Positions 36,818 through 50,329 of a stretch of DNA of 64,000 nt are shown piece after piece. Within the stretch, counting starts at the first letter, position 1. Every line of letters begins with the position of its first letter. The notes beneath the pieces were generated by a model. The model worked only from the letters and a program-made list of their open reading frames with translations. It did no database searches and was not told the DNA's origin. The translations under genes were made by a program, and so were the position numbers. Origin of the DNA: Azolla caroliniana (taxonomy: Eukaryota > Plantae > Polypodiophyta); assembly GCA_043228905.1 (NCBI GenBank), contig JBHGNT010000005.1, forward strand, positions 19,468,001-19,532,000, written 5' to 3'.

Positions 36818-39800
36818 AAAGCCGAGGACTGGATCAGTTGGGACTGATCGGTTAGGCCGAATGCGTAAACTGGTACGCAGACCGGTGCGTAGGTAGAGCC
36901 GGATCGGTGCGTAAACCGGGAGGCCGTTAGGAAAGATATTCCGTGAGGAATATATTTGGGAGTTAGTGTAGGAGCTCTTAATGAGTATTGAAGTACTGTC
37001 AGTACTTCGGTCAGTCCTTCTAGGACTTGTATAAAAGTGTTCATTGAACACACATATGTATAGAGTGTGGTGAATAGAGATTGGGTTGTTTTTGTTGAAT
37101 ATAGTTCTTGTGTTTTCTCTCTCTCTCACTCTCTCTGTCTCTCCCGCGTATACTATGTAAGCTCAAGCTCTCCATTGAACCTGAGTTTTCTTCCTCCTGT
37201 TCGGTCTTCACACTTGCTTCCGCACGCTACTTTTTACATGGTATCAGAGCGCCAGGGTTGAGAACCTCTCTACAGCTGACACATCTTGACGAAGAAGAAC
37301 AAGAAGAACGATGGATAGAGGCATGGCGAGCTCGCTTCCAACAGAGAAGCTCGACAGAACCAACTACGCGTCTTGGTCCTACAAGATGCACCAGTACCTG
37401 CTCGGGCACGGCTACTGGAGTTATGTCGAAGGAGCTAATGACGCGGCACCCGAATCGACACACAGAGACTTCCCGTCGTGGGAGCAATCGGCGAGCAGGG
37501 TATTATACTCCTTCGCGTCGTGTCTGGACGAACAACTATTGAGCTATGTTCGGGATGCAAAGACGCCGAAGGGTGCGTGGGAAAATCTGAAGAAGATTTT
37601 CGCCGCGAGCACCATAGCCAGGAAGCTTCAACTCCGACAGGAGTTGAGCAACCTATGACAACGCGACTTGTCGGTGGCGAACTATAGCTCGAAGATCAAG
37701 GATATCTGCGACTCCCTCGCCTCCATAGAGGTGAACATCGAGGAGAGCGAGATGGTCCAGATCTGACTCGGAGGTTTGGCTTCGAAGTTCGGAGCGTTCC
37801 GAACGGCTGTGTGTACTCGAGAGAATACGCCGTCCGTTTTCGACTTACAGTCAATGCTCCTGGTAGAGGAGAACCACACGGGTGCCTCTACAAGCACGCA
37901 TACCAACAACAGAATGTTGTACGCGAAGGGAGATAGGCCCCGTGGACGTGGAGGACGAGGCGAGTCGGCGCGCAATGGAGGCGGCCGACGAGATCAAGGA
38001 AGAAGGCACCGAAGTGATGCCGACAGCAACTCCGGACCCTCCGGAAACAGGGGGAGTCAAAGCGATGAGAACCGGCAAGGGAAGGCCATCGCGGAGTGCT
38101 GGTACTGTGGCAAGAAAAGCCACAGGGAAAGTGAGTGCTGGAAGAAGCGCGCCGATTCGGAGAGAACTGGTTCCGGAAACGGCTCCGGACATACCGACAA
38201 GGGAAATCGGCAGCGATCGCACTACGCCGAAAACTCCGGGAGAGCCGGAGAAGGATCTGCCTTCGTGACGAGACACGAAGCAAACTCAATGAAACGGACC
38301 ACCCCGAGATCGGACGAGGTGTGGTATGTAGACTCCGGCCCGTCAAACCACATGACGAGCCATAAGGAGTGGTTCTCGTACCTTGAAAAACCGATACAAC
38401 CTGGAGGAGTCGCAACTGAAGACGACACTCCGCATCCGATCGTGAATGTCGGAGAAGTTCCCCTTAGCCATGTCGGGCTGAAAGGGAAACTCATGAACGT
38501 GATGCATGTTCCGACAATCACGAAGAACTAGGTCTCGGTCGGACAGATCGTCGACCAAGGGATGGAGGTTCGGTTTACACACCTCGGGTGCTTCATTGAG
38601 GAAGAAGGTCGTGTGATTGCGCAAGGGCGCAGAGAAGGGAGGATGTTCATCCTCAACTCCACTGACGGTGGCACCGCAATGTTCGCGAAAGGACAAAAAT
38701 CCGAGTCAGACATCGACTTGTGGCACAAGCGGATAGGCCACGTCAACTACCAGCGGCTTCAAGATCTGCAAACGAAACAGGTAGTGTTCGGATTCCCCAA
38801 ATTTAGTGGCCGAAAGGCACAAATTTGTGAAGCCTACCAGCTCGGGAACCAACACCGACTTCCTTTCCCCAACGAGCGAAACCGGAGCCGGAACAAGGTC
38901 GACCTTATACACTCCGATGTATGGGGGCCGGCACAAAACGTTAGTCTTGGCGGGAGCCGATATTTCGTCTCCTTCATTGACGACCACACGCGACACACGT
39001 GGATCTACCTCATTGAGAGGAAGAGCGAAGTCTTCGACTATTTCCGGGACCTCAAAGGGTTCGTGGAAACAGAAACGGGACGAAAGATCAAGTGCCTGCG
39101 GTCGGATGGTGGGAAAGAGTACTTTTCCGGTCAATTCAACGGTTACCTACAACAAATGGGAATTCGCCGCGAATTCAGTTGTAGATACACGCCGGAGCAG
39201 AACAGCGTGGCCGAGAGGAAGAATCGGTCAGTTGTGGAAGTGGCACGGGCAATGCTGGAGGAGAAGAGCTTGCCCAAGTTCTACTGGGCGGAGGTGGTAA
39301 GGACCGCGGTATACATCCAGAACCAGATCGGAGACAAAGTGTCGGCACACGAGCTATATTTCGGAACGAAGCCGAACTTGCGACACTTGAGGGTGTTCGG
39401 TAGCATTGCGTATGTGCATGTACCGAAGGAGAAAAGGAGGAAATTGGACGCAAAGGCCGAGAAATGCATCTTGGTCGGTTACTCGAACGAGCACAAGGGT
39501 TATAAGTGCTATAACCCTCGCACCAAACAAGCGCGTGTTAACCGCGACGTTGTGGTTGACGAGTCCGCGTCCTGGTACCAGCCCCCGACTCCGAACCCCG
39601 ACTCCAATCCGTGTTCTAACGTTGAGGTCAGCGAGTCCGAGATGCCTCCGGATGAGCCCGAAATCGAGACCCGCGAGGAGAGTCCGATTTCATTCCGTTT
39701 AAGTGGACCGATTGGACGACTAAGTCGGTACGATCAGTCCGATGAAGAGCCGGCGAGTAGTGGAGACTCGGCCGTGCATTCCCCACGTAGGAAGCCGAGG

Positions 39801-42566
39801 AGACGGCTTACGCGAAAAGAGAAAGGGAAGAAGAAGGTGTCGGATTCTGGCACGGATAAGAACGAGTCAGACCGACGTGAGTCCGAATCCGAGGGAACCG
39901 GTGACGGTTCTTTAAAGGTGAAGAGCACGTCGACCGAGAAGGCCTCGACATCGGCTAATGTGAGATTACGCCGATCTACCCGCCAGAAGAATCCTGTTTT
40001 GCGGTTCGGATACAACGAGTACATGGCGCATCATTATGCGTACATGACCCGTGTAGCGGAAGTGCATGAGCCGGAGAGCTACGCAGAAGCGGTTAAAGAT
40101 GCGAATTGGCGTGCAGCGATGGAGGAAGAGATGCACACATTGGCGGAGAACGAGACCTGGGACCTGGTTGACACAGCAACAGGGGTAAAACCGATCGGGT
40201 GTAGGTGGGTGTACAAGGTCAAGTACAACATCGATGGCTCGGTCAACCGGTACAAGGCTCGGCTAGTGGCAAAGGGCTACGCGCAGAAACACGGCATCGA
40301 CTACGATGAGACGTTTGCGCCGGTCGCGAAAATAACGACCGTCCGTGTTTTGCTCGCAGTAGCTGCGGTGAAGGGGTGGCACTTACATTAGATGGATGTA
40401 AAGAATGCGTTCCTGCAAGGTGACCTTGAGGAATAGGTGTACATGGTACAGCGCCCCGGATTTCACTCTAGAACGAACTCCTCGGCAGTATGCCGACTGA
40501 AGAAGTCCCTTTACGGACTAAAGCAAGCCCCGCGTGCCTGGATCACGCAACAACTGCGTCAGATGGGCTTCGTCACGTCAAAATCGGACTCTTCCCTGTT
40601 CATCCGAAAAGGTCGACTCGAACTAGTTAGTATTGTGCTATATGTTGATGACTTGGTCATCACCGGCGCCGACCTAGGAGAAATCGACCGCGTGAAGATT
40701 CAGCTTGCGGCATCGTTCGACATGAAGGATCTGGGGGACCTTCATTACTTCCTCGGGATCGAAGTGATCCATACCCCCGAAGGCATATTGATCAGCCAAC
40801 GTCATTACGTGCTGAGTACTGTAAGTCCGTCTCGACTCCTCTGGACAGAACCGTCAAGCTTCGTCCCGATACGGGAAAGGTATGCGACCTGACGAGGTTC
40901 TGACAAATTGTCGGAAGCCTCATATACTTGACCATCACCCGACCCGACCTTAGTTATCTGGTCGGAGTGATCAGTCAGTTCATGGCGCGACCTACCGAGG
41001 AGCACCTCCAGTGTGCGCAACGCATACTTCGGTATGTCAGCAGCACTAAGGACCAGGGACTCCTATATCGGACCGGTGTAGCCGCGCAGTTAGTCGGCTA
41101 CACCGATGCTGATTGGGCTGGCAACGCCGCTGATCGCCGATCCACGTCTGGATACGCGTTCTCCCTAAGGAGTGCCGCAATCACGTGGAGCAGTAAGAAA
41201 CAGCCGACAGTTACATTGTCGAGCACCGAAGCTGAGTACCGAGGAGCGGTTGTCGCGACATGCGAAGCCATATGGTTGAAGCGGCTACTTAAGGACCTGC
41301 AAGAGGAGGTGTTAGATCCGACGACGATCTACTGCGACAACCTCAGCAGCATCCAGCTCGCGAAAAACCCCGTTTTCCACGCACGGACCAAGCACATTGA
41401 GGTGCACTACCATTTCGTCTGTGAGCGTGTCCTTTCCAGTGAAGTCGAACTTCAATACGTTCCGACGGATCGGCAGACTGCCGACATCTTCACCAAGCCT
41501 CTTGTTCTGGACAAGTTGCGGCAATTCTCAGGTGCGCTCGGATTGCGTCACCTCGACGTGCCAAACTTGAGGGGTAGAACAGTCTCGAACGACCAAGCAA
41601 GGCAGCAGGAAAGGAGCAAAGACCGCGACACCGAGTCGGTTGACTCGGTTGTCAAGTTGGACTTCGGATCGGCTGAAGAAGCCGAGGGTGGACCCGCGGA
41701 AAAGTCCGGAAGCGGACAGAAGGGGAGCAACCGAAGGAGAGAGCCGAAGCCAACCACGCATGGGGAAGATGACGCCACCGAGGGCGAGAAGACCGAAGAC
41801 AAGTTGGAGACAGCCAACTCGGACGAGAGCGAAAACCGATCGGAGGTAGCCGAGTTGGTTCGGATGTTTGATTCAGATACGCTGAATCAACCGAGGCCCA
41901 AGCGAAAGAAAAGGCAGCAAGAGAAGCGTCAACACCGCAACAGCAGAAGAGTTGATAAGGGCCACATGAGCAGACAAGCCGACCGGAAGGGTCGAAGCAT
42001 GCAGAGTCAAACAGGTCGTGGAGCGCGAGCGAGGCGTGAAGCCAGGAGGAACCAGAGTTGTGAGCCCGAAGATCCCGAAGAGCCTCAAGTTGAGCTTGAG
42101 GGGGAGTGTTGAGAGACAAGCTCAACATCGGCCGGATCGGCTGAAGAAGCCGAGGACCAGATCGATTGGGACCGATCGGTTAGGCCGAATGCATAAACCG
42201 GTACGCAGACCGGTGCGTAGGTAGAGCCGGATCGGTGCGTAAACCGGGAGGCCGTTAGGAAAGATATTCCATGAGGAATATATTTGGGAGTTAGTGTAGG
42301 AGCTCTTAATGAGTATTGAAGTACTGTCAGTACTTCGATCAGTCCTTCTAGGACTTGTATAAAAGTGTTCATTGAACACACATATGTATAGAGTGTGGTG
42401 AATAGAGATTGGGTTGTTTTTGTTGAATATAGTTCTTGTGTTTTCTCTCTCTCACACTCTCTATGTCTCTCCCGCGTATACTGCGTAAGCTCAAGCTCTC
42501 CATTGAACTTGAGATTTCTTCCTCCCGTTCGGCCTTCACACTTGCTTCCGCACGCTACTTTTTACA
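36818..42566 (+). mobile_element. Near full-length copia (Bryco-like family), disrupted ORF
   Basis: 5' LTR (start in gap) to 37238; PBS 37239-37250; gag-PR-INT-RT-RH 37323-42112 with several stops and small deletions; PPT 42098-42106; 3' LTR 42107-42566. Confidence 0.93.
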
Positions 42567-43723
42567 ATCATCTACTTGGATGATCTGCCAGTTTATTCAA
42601 AGACACAAGAGTAGCATGATTCTCATGTACTATGAGTACTAAGACGACTACGAGAACATGGTCTTTATGCAAAGCTGAAGAAGTGTAGTTTTGATTGTAG
42701 CCAGGTAGAATTTATCGGCTATGTCATTTCCTCAGAAGGCATCTCTATGGATCCCGCTAAAGTCCAAATTGTGCTAGAGTGGCAGACTCCACGTTCCTTG
42801 TGAGGTGTGGAATGCTTTCTAGGATTCGCAAACTTCTATTCGCAAACTTCTATTTGCAAACATCTACGTTCAGAATGCTCGCGTGTTAAATAGACGACAA
42901 GCTCGGTGCCAAGCCCAATTCCTCACTCATTTTGGTTTTACAATTACATTTTGGCCTGGGCAAGCAACAGGGGAAGGCGGATGCATTATCGCGACGCTCG
43001 TATCTAGCTCCTCGTCCTGGTCATCCGGCCTTTGACAATCAAAAACAAGTAATCTTGGGACCGACACGACTTCAAGCAACATGGGTCTTGTTCAAATCGA
43101 TTCTTCTCGGGCATCTTGTTTACGATCACAACAACCAATGTCATAATGGATTACTCTTCTTTAAAAAACTTTTGTATGTTCCCAATGGTTCGTGCCGCCT
43201 TGGAATAGTACAAATTTTTCATGACACATATATAGCCGTACATTTTGGTAGTACTAAAACATTAGATTTAGTACAACGATCATTTTGGTGGCCCTGTATG
43301 CGAAGTTTTACCGAAGACTATGTTCAGACATGTGATACATGTTGTAGAGCGAACATGTCGAGACATCATCCATATAGTTTGTTGGATCCAGTACCGATAA
43401 CAAGCAAACCATGGCAATCTATTTCTCTCAATTTTATCAGAGATCTTCCAGATTCGAGGGGTTTCAATGCAATCTTAAGAGTGGTAGATCGATTTACTAA
43501 GATGGCACATTTCATGCCCTATACTAAAGAAATTACTAGTGAAGACACCGTTGGAATTGTTATGCGTGAAGTATTTCGGCATCATGGTCTTCCCGACAAT
43601 ATCATCAGTGATCGTGGACTGCAATTCGTCTCTAAATTTTGGAAGCATCTCTTTAAGATGCTCAAGGTCACCTGCAACCTCTCCTCTGGCTATCATCCCC
43701 AAACAGATGGACAAGTTGAACGT

Positions 43724-44416
43724 TGTCGGGGTTGCTACGCCCTTGCGTGCTGAAAGGAGGAGGGACCACGGGGGTCTTGGACCGAAGAGCAAGAGAGAGC
43801 GGAGTAAGAGAGAGACCCGATTACACAGAACCGAAGATTGCACAGGGACACGGCCCAACAAACAGAGATCACAAACAAACGCCGACGCAGATGGACGCAA
43901 CAACGAAAGATATGTACTTATGAATGCAAGAAAATAACAGACTAAAGTATTACAACCCACGGTGGGGCACGGATTAGATACTAACGAAAACGAACGGGGC
44001 GGCGAACAGATGCCGACCCCTGTATGTTGCGACGCACAGAAAGGGGAAACAGGTCGGAGGTGCTGCAGGACGCACTCGGGGCGTTCCACGGAACAGCGCA
44101 AGCCTCCTCGAAACCTGCACAGGTACGCGATGGAGCCGAAGACAGAGAAAGCAGGAGTGAGAGAGGAGCTCCCAAATCGGTTCGGCAGCACTTCGTCCTC
44201 TCCACGCGAGATACCTGACTTCTCTTCTCCCTCTTCCTTTTATAGCCCGTCAAGAGGCCGTTTGGCATTAACTGCATACCAACCGAATCTACCCACCTAG
44301 GATCCTCGTATGTACCTACTTCGTCCTTAGGTACTTATTGGCGCTCGTGTGTGTGTAGAGCCGTTTACCACGCCTTGTTCCTCCGATTCCTCTTGTGGGC
44401 GGTTTTCTTCACGACA
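43724..44416 (-). mobile_element. Phygy-like solo LTR
   Basis: TGTCGG...TTCACGACA; perfect 4-bp TSD ACGT; related to the LTR at 53147-53794. Confidence 0.92.
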
Positions 44417-44530
44417 ACGTACCAATCAAATATTGGAACAATATCTTCGGTGTTCCCTAAGATATCAATAGGATGATTGGGCGGATATTCTACATTTTGT
44501 TGAATTTTCTTATAATAATTCTACCCACTC

Positions 44531-47500
44531 TGTTGTACACAGTGCTCGGCCACAACCGAGGAATAGGATCTACTCACAGAAAACAGGAAATACAAAATGC
44601 ACGAAGACAATAGAGAGAAGAGTACACTGGATGTTTTACGTGGAAAACCCTAAATGGGAAAAAACCACGGGAGTCCTCAAACTCCAACTATCACTAAAAC
44701 AGAGATGTACAATGGTGAAGCTACAAGGCAACAACCTTGAGCTCACTATCTTCGCCACAGGCAGTGGTAATACACAGAGGCAACGACCTCTTCGTCTCTC
44801 TCTCTCTCGGCTGCTCTCACTTCGCTCCCTCTTCGTGGAAAACAGAAAAATGAGAAACAACAACTAAACTGTTTGCCCTAAGTCATATTTATACACATAT
44901 GACTTTCGGGCTATTTACAAATATAGCCTCAAGGGCCCTTGGCAAACATATTCACAAATATGTCCCCGCATCCGGATCTCTCTCCGGGTACATTCGTCAT
45001 CCGGCTCCGTAGTCGGGGTCTTCAGCATCCGGCTCTGTAGCCGGGGTCTTCATCATCCGGATCCGTAGCCGGGTACTCTTCATCCGGCTTCATGCCGGGT
45101 ACTCTTCATCATCCGGTTCCGTAACCGCAACCGGGCTTGCCGTCATTCATCTCCGGACATCCCATCCGGAGGGACCGAAATCCCAACAAACTCCCCCTTC
45201 ACTTCGGCATGGGATGTCTCTCCAATCCGATCCTCTTCCGGCATGCTTCCAGCTTGTCGGGTGTGAGCACCTTGGTCAGCATATCCGACCCGTTCTCGTC
45301 CGTGTGGACCTTCGTCAGTACGAGCTCCTTATCTTCTATCCTTTCCCGGATCCAGTGGTATCTACGCTGGATGTGTTTCGTCCGGGAATGGTAGGCCGCG
45401 TTTTTCGCAAGGTGGATGGCACTCTGACTATCGCAGTAGAGCCGGTACTCCTCCTGCCGGATACCGAGCTCTCTAATGAAGTCCTTCATCCAAATTATTT
45501 CCTTGCCGGCTTCAACAGCCGCCATGTACTCCGCCTCCGTGGTTGACAACGCAACCGTCTTCTGCAACCTCGACTGCCACGAAACAGCTCCCCCTGCATA
45601 TGTCATTACATACCCTGATGTAGACCGGCTGGTATCCGCATCAGCCGACATGTCCGAATCGGTAAATCCATCGAGTTCGGGCTTACTGGAGCCGAATCGG
45701 AGGCACATGTTCGAAGTGCCCTTTAAGTATCGGAGTATCCATTTGACCGCGTTCCAGTGCTCCTTGCCGGGATTACTCATATACCGGCTCACCACTCCGA
45801 CTGCGTATCCAATGTCTGGTCGGGTACACACCATTGCGTACATCAAGCTCCCGACGGCAGAGGCATATGGTATCTTCATCATATCCTCCTTTTCAGCTTT
45901 TGTCTTGGGACTTTGCTTGCCTGATAACCTGCAGTTTGCCGGGAGAGTCGACCCGACCGGTCTTGCTTCCGACATGTTGAACCGGTGAAGCACCTTTGTC
46001 ACGTACTTCTCCTGTGACAGCCACAACTGCTTCTGCTTCCGGTCCCGGATGATGTGCATCCCTAGTATTTGCCTCGCCGGACCCAGGTCTTTCATTGAGA
46101 AAGTTCGGTGAAGCGCTTTCTTCAGCATCCGTATCTTGGCCTAGTCCCGTCCGACGATCAACATGTCGTCCACGTACAGGAGGAGTATTAGAAAGTCTCC
46201 TCCTTCGAACTTCTTCACAAACACGCAGTGATCGGACTGCGTTTTGTGGTACCCTTCGTCGGTCATGAAAGAGTCGAACTTCAGGTACCATTGCCGGGGA
46301 GCCTGCTTCAGTCCGTAAAGGCTCTTCTTCAACCGGCATACCAGGTGCTCCTTCCCTTTCTTCTCGAATCCTTCTGGTTGCTGCATGTAGATCTCTTCTT
46401 CGAGGTCACCGTGAAGGAATGTCGTCTTCACGTCCATCTGTTCTACCTCGAGGTCCATGCTTGCCGCTATGCTCAGCACCGTCCGGATGGAGGTCATCTT
46501 CACTACCGGGGCAAATATCTCGTCGAAGTCGACGCCCTTCTTCTGTTGGAACCCCTTCACCACGATCCTGGCTTTGTATCTCGGGGGGTTTCCGGCATCT
46601 CCCGGTTTCAGCTTGAACACCCACTTGTTTCGAAGCGTCGGCTTTCCTTTCGGCAACTCCACAAGTTCATATGTGTGGTTCTCATGCAGGGAATCCATCT
46701 CCTCCTGCATGGCACTTAACCACCTGCGGCTATGGGTGTCAAGCTTTGCTTCTTCAAAACTCTCCGGCTCCCCCTCGTCGGTTAGCAGCACGTGCTCTGG
46801 TTCCGGAAATCTCCGAGGGGCCCTTCTCTCTCTTAGAGGATATCTCCGTTCCGGAGCTTCGGTAACCGGCTCACCCGTTTCCTCTTCATCCGAATCCATT
46901 TCGGGATCGGGGCCGGTTCCGGTATCAGTTTCATCTTCCTCGGCCGGTTCTGTTTCTTCACCGTCTTCGGCCGGATCCTCGAGTGCTAACCGGTCCCTTG
47001 CCGGTCGGGACTGCTCTTCGTAGAGTTGATTCTCACCGGTCGACTTGGAGCTCTTCATCTTCTTCTCCGACTCCCAGTTGGCGAGTGTCTTGTCCTCCAT
47101 GAAGATGATATCACGACTCCTGAATATCTTCTTGTCGACCGGGTCCCATACTCGGTAGCCGAACTCGTCGTCGCCGTAACCGAGGAATATGCATGGCCGG
47201 GTCTTTGGATCTAGCTTTCCTCTCCGGTCCTTTGCCACATGCACATATGCGAGACACCCGAACACCTTCAGATGCCGGTAGGATACTTCCCTACCGGTCC
47301 ACACTCTCTGCGGCGTGTCTCCGTCCAAAGGTACTAAGGGTGATCTGTTTATCACGTATGTCGCCGTCGACATTGCCTCAGCCCAAAACCCCTTGGGTAA
47401 TTTCGCATGCGCCAGCATACTCCGGACCCTCTCCATTATGGTCCGGTTCATCCTCTCGGCCAGCCCGTTCAGTTCCGGCGTCTTCGGCACAGTAAACTCA

Positions 47501-49961
47501 AGCCGGATTCCTTTCGAGCGACAGTACTCCGTGAACTGCCCCCGGTATTCCCCTCCGTTATCCGCTCGTATCGCTTTCAGCTTCTTGCCGGATTCTCTTT
47601 CCACTCTCGCGTGGAGTTCTTTGAAGACGGACAATACTTGGTCCTTTGTCTTCAACGGTGCCGTCCACAGCTTCCGGCTATGGTCATCTATGAATGTTAC
47701 GAAGTACTGGGCTCCGCCATGTGACTTCGTTTCTACTTGACACACGTCAGTGTGCACCAACTCCAATGGTGCGCTACGTCTCGTCGGTGGTCTTGAGCGG
47801 AAGGAGGTCCGGTTTTGCTTACCGGCCAGACAGTCGGTGCACTTCTCCAGGTGCACATGCTTCACTGGAATAAGGTTGTCTTCAGCAAGCCTCTTCATCC
47901 CCTTCTCGCTCATGTGGCACAGTCTCTTGTGCCACAGCTCACCGGTAGTGTCAGCTGCTACGTTCAGCTCCTCCGGACATAGCCGGGAATTCATCAGGTA
48001 CAGTGTGTTGACCTTCCGGGCCCGAGCCACTATCAGGCTCCCTTTGCTGAACTTCATGACACCGTTCCGGATGCTACCCGTGTAGCCTTCATCGTCTAGC
48101 CTCCCGGCCGAAATCAGGTTCAATCGAACCTCCGGAACATGTCGAACATCCTTCAGCAGCATCTTGCATCCGGTTGATGTCATCAGCCACACGTCTCCTA
48201 TGCCGGCAATCCGGCATGTACCTTCATTTCCCATCCGGACACAGCCGTGCTCACCGGCTGTGTAGGATGAGAAGTATTTCTTCTCCGGGGTCAGGTGGAA
48301 CGACGCTCCGGAATCAACCACCCAGGTCATCTCTTCACCGGCAAGGTTCAGCTCCGTCTCTTCGGTAATGAGCATTATCTCTTCTTCACTTGCCGCGAGT
48401 GCCGTCGTTCCTTTCCGGTCCTGCCCTCGCCGATCCGGACCTCTCCGGTCCGTGGCTCCCCGGTATGCACCGTTTTGCTCCGGTGACTTCTTCGAATCGG
48501 TACCGTCGGTTCCGTTGTCTTTCCGGTAATGCCGACAATTCTTCCGGAAGTGCCCAGGCTTCCCACAGTGGAAGCATGTGGGCCTTCCTCTTGACTGCGA
48601 CCGGGTCCCCGACTTCTCCCGTCTTTGCGGACTCCGGTTCCGTTGTCTTCCCCGATCCGATTCGGTAAGCAGCATCTTCGGATCAGAGGCCGGTTCTTTA
48701 TCTCTCCGACGCGCTTCTTCGTTCAAAATACTTGTCTTTACCGTTTGTAGGGACAAGTTATCTTCGGTGCAGGAGGTGCTGAGAGTCACCACCAAGTTCT
48801 CCCAGCTTTCCGGCAATGTACACATCAGGATGATGGCTTGCATTGCATCCTCCAACGGGAACTTGATCGCCGCAAGCTGGTTCACGAATCCCATGAACGT
48901 GCTTACGTGTTCCACCATACTCTCGCCGTCCCGGTACTTGAGGTTCACTATCTTCCTCATCAGGGAGGTCCGGTTCAACGCATTCTTCCTCTCGAAGAGG
49001 CCCGACAGCTTCCGCCACATCTCATAGGCGTTCGTATCGTTCGCCACATGTTGCAGAACACTTACATCGACATATTGCCGGATCGTCGCTACGGCTTTCC
49101 GGTTCAGGAGCTTCCACTCCGACTCTATTACCCCCTTGGGTATCTCGGCATTGTCGATCGGTTCGTACAGGTCTCGGACGATGAGAAGGTCTTCCATCTT
49201 TATCTTCCAGTCGGCGTAGTTCTGTGAGTTCAACACCGTCATGCCCGGAGGCCCACTACCGCCGCCTTCCATTTTCTGTGTTACCGTCGCTCTGATACCA
49301 CTCTGTTGTACACAGTGCTCGGCCACAACCGAGGAATAGGATCTACTCACAGAAAACAGGAAATACAAAATGCACGAAGACAATAGAGAGAAGAGTACAC
49401 TGGATGTTTTACGTGGAAAACCCTAAATGGGAAAAAACCACGGGAGTCCTCAAACTCCAACTATCACTAAAACAGAGATGTACAATGGTGAAGCTACAAG
49501 GCAACAACCTTGAGCTCACTATCTTCGCCACAGGCGGCGGTAATACACAGAGGCAACGACCTCTTCGTCTCTCTCTCTCTCGGTTGCTCTCACTTCGCTC
49601 CCTCTTCGTGGTAAACAGAAAAATGAGCAACAACAACTAAATTGTTTGCCCTAAGTCATATTTATACACATATGACTTTCGGGCCATTTACAAATATAGC
49701 CTCAAGGGCCCTTGGCAAACATATTCACAAATATGTCCCCGCATCCGGATCTCTCTCCGGGTACATTCGTCATCCGGCTCCGTAGTCGGGGTCTTCAGCA
49801 TCCGGCTCCGTAGCCGGGGTCTTCATCATCCGGATCCGTAGCCGGGTACTCTTCATCCGGCTTCATGCCGGGTACTCTTCATCATCCGGTTCCGTAACCG
49901 CAACCGGGCTTGCCGTCATTCATCTCCGGACATCCCATCCGGAGGGACCGAAATCCCAACA
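44531..49961 (-). mobile_element. Full-length Tork/Tnt1-like copia, young
   Basis: 658-bp LTRs 44531-45188 and 49304-49961 (about 8 differences); TSD CACTC; PBS-Met 49289-49300; PPT 45189-45203. Confidence 0.97.
45199..49272 (-). pseudogene. gag-pol: Copia gag-pol with a single premature stop
   Basis: Gag, CCHC, PR (WVVDSGAS), INT, RT and RH are all in one frame. TAG at 46143-46141 corresponds to CAG in the paralog (~35920). Confidence 0.9.
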
Positions 49962-50329
49962 CACTCCTCTAGGGTTTCACCATTCTACGCTTATATCGGC
50001 TATCATCCTTGTTACTATATGTTAGAAACTCCTGAGTTACCCACAAATCCTAGTGCAGAGGATCATTTGGAGCGGTTACGACGAATTCAGGTAGAACTAT
50101 CTACCCACCTACATCACGCCCAGCAAACATAGAAGGACTATGTGGATCGTCATCGGCTTCCATCCCCTTTTAATATTGGAGATTGAGTATGGCTATTACG
50201 ACGGCACATCAAGACTACTCAACCGTGTGACAAACTGGATTATCGACGGTTAGGCCCTTTCCATATTAACGGAAAAATTAATGATGTTACTTTTCGCCTT
50301 GACCTTCCTCCACAACTACGGATACATCC

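Noticed and set aside
34976-37129. 717-aa ORF spanning the N run
   Set aside because: Chimeric: it joins an antisense LTR read to the RT of another element across an unsized gap.
46141-46143. Programmed stop-codon readthrough
   Set aside because: The stop lies inside RT and the paralog has CAG; a C>T mutation is the simpler explanation.
49273-49383. N-terminal extension of the 1080-aa ORF
   Set aside because: It runs through U5 and the PBS; the ATG at 49272 after the PBS is the more likely start.
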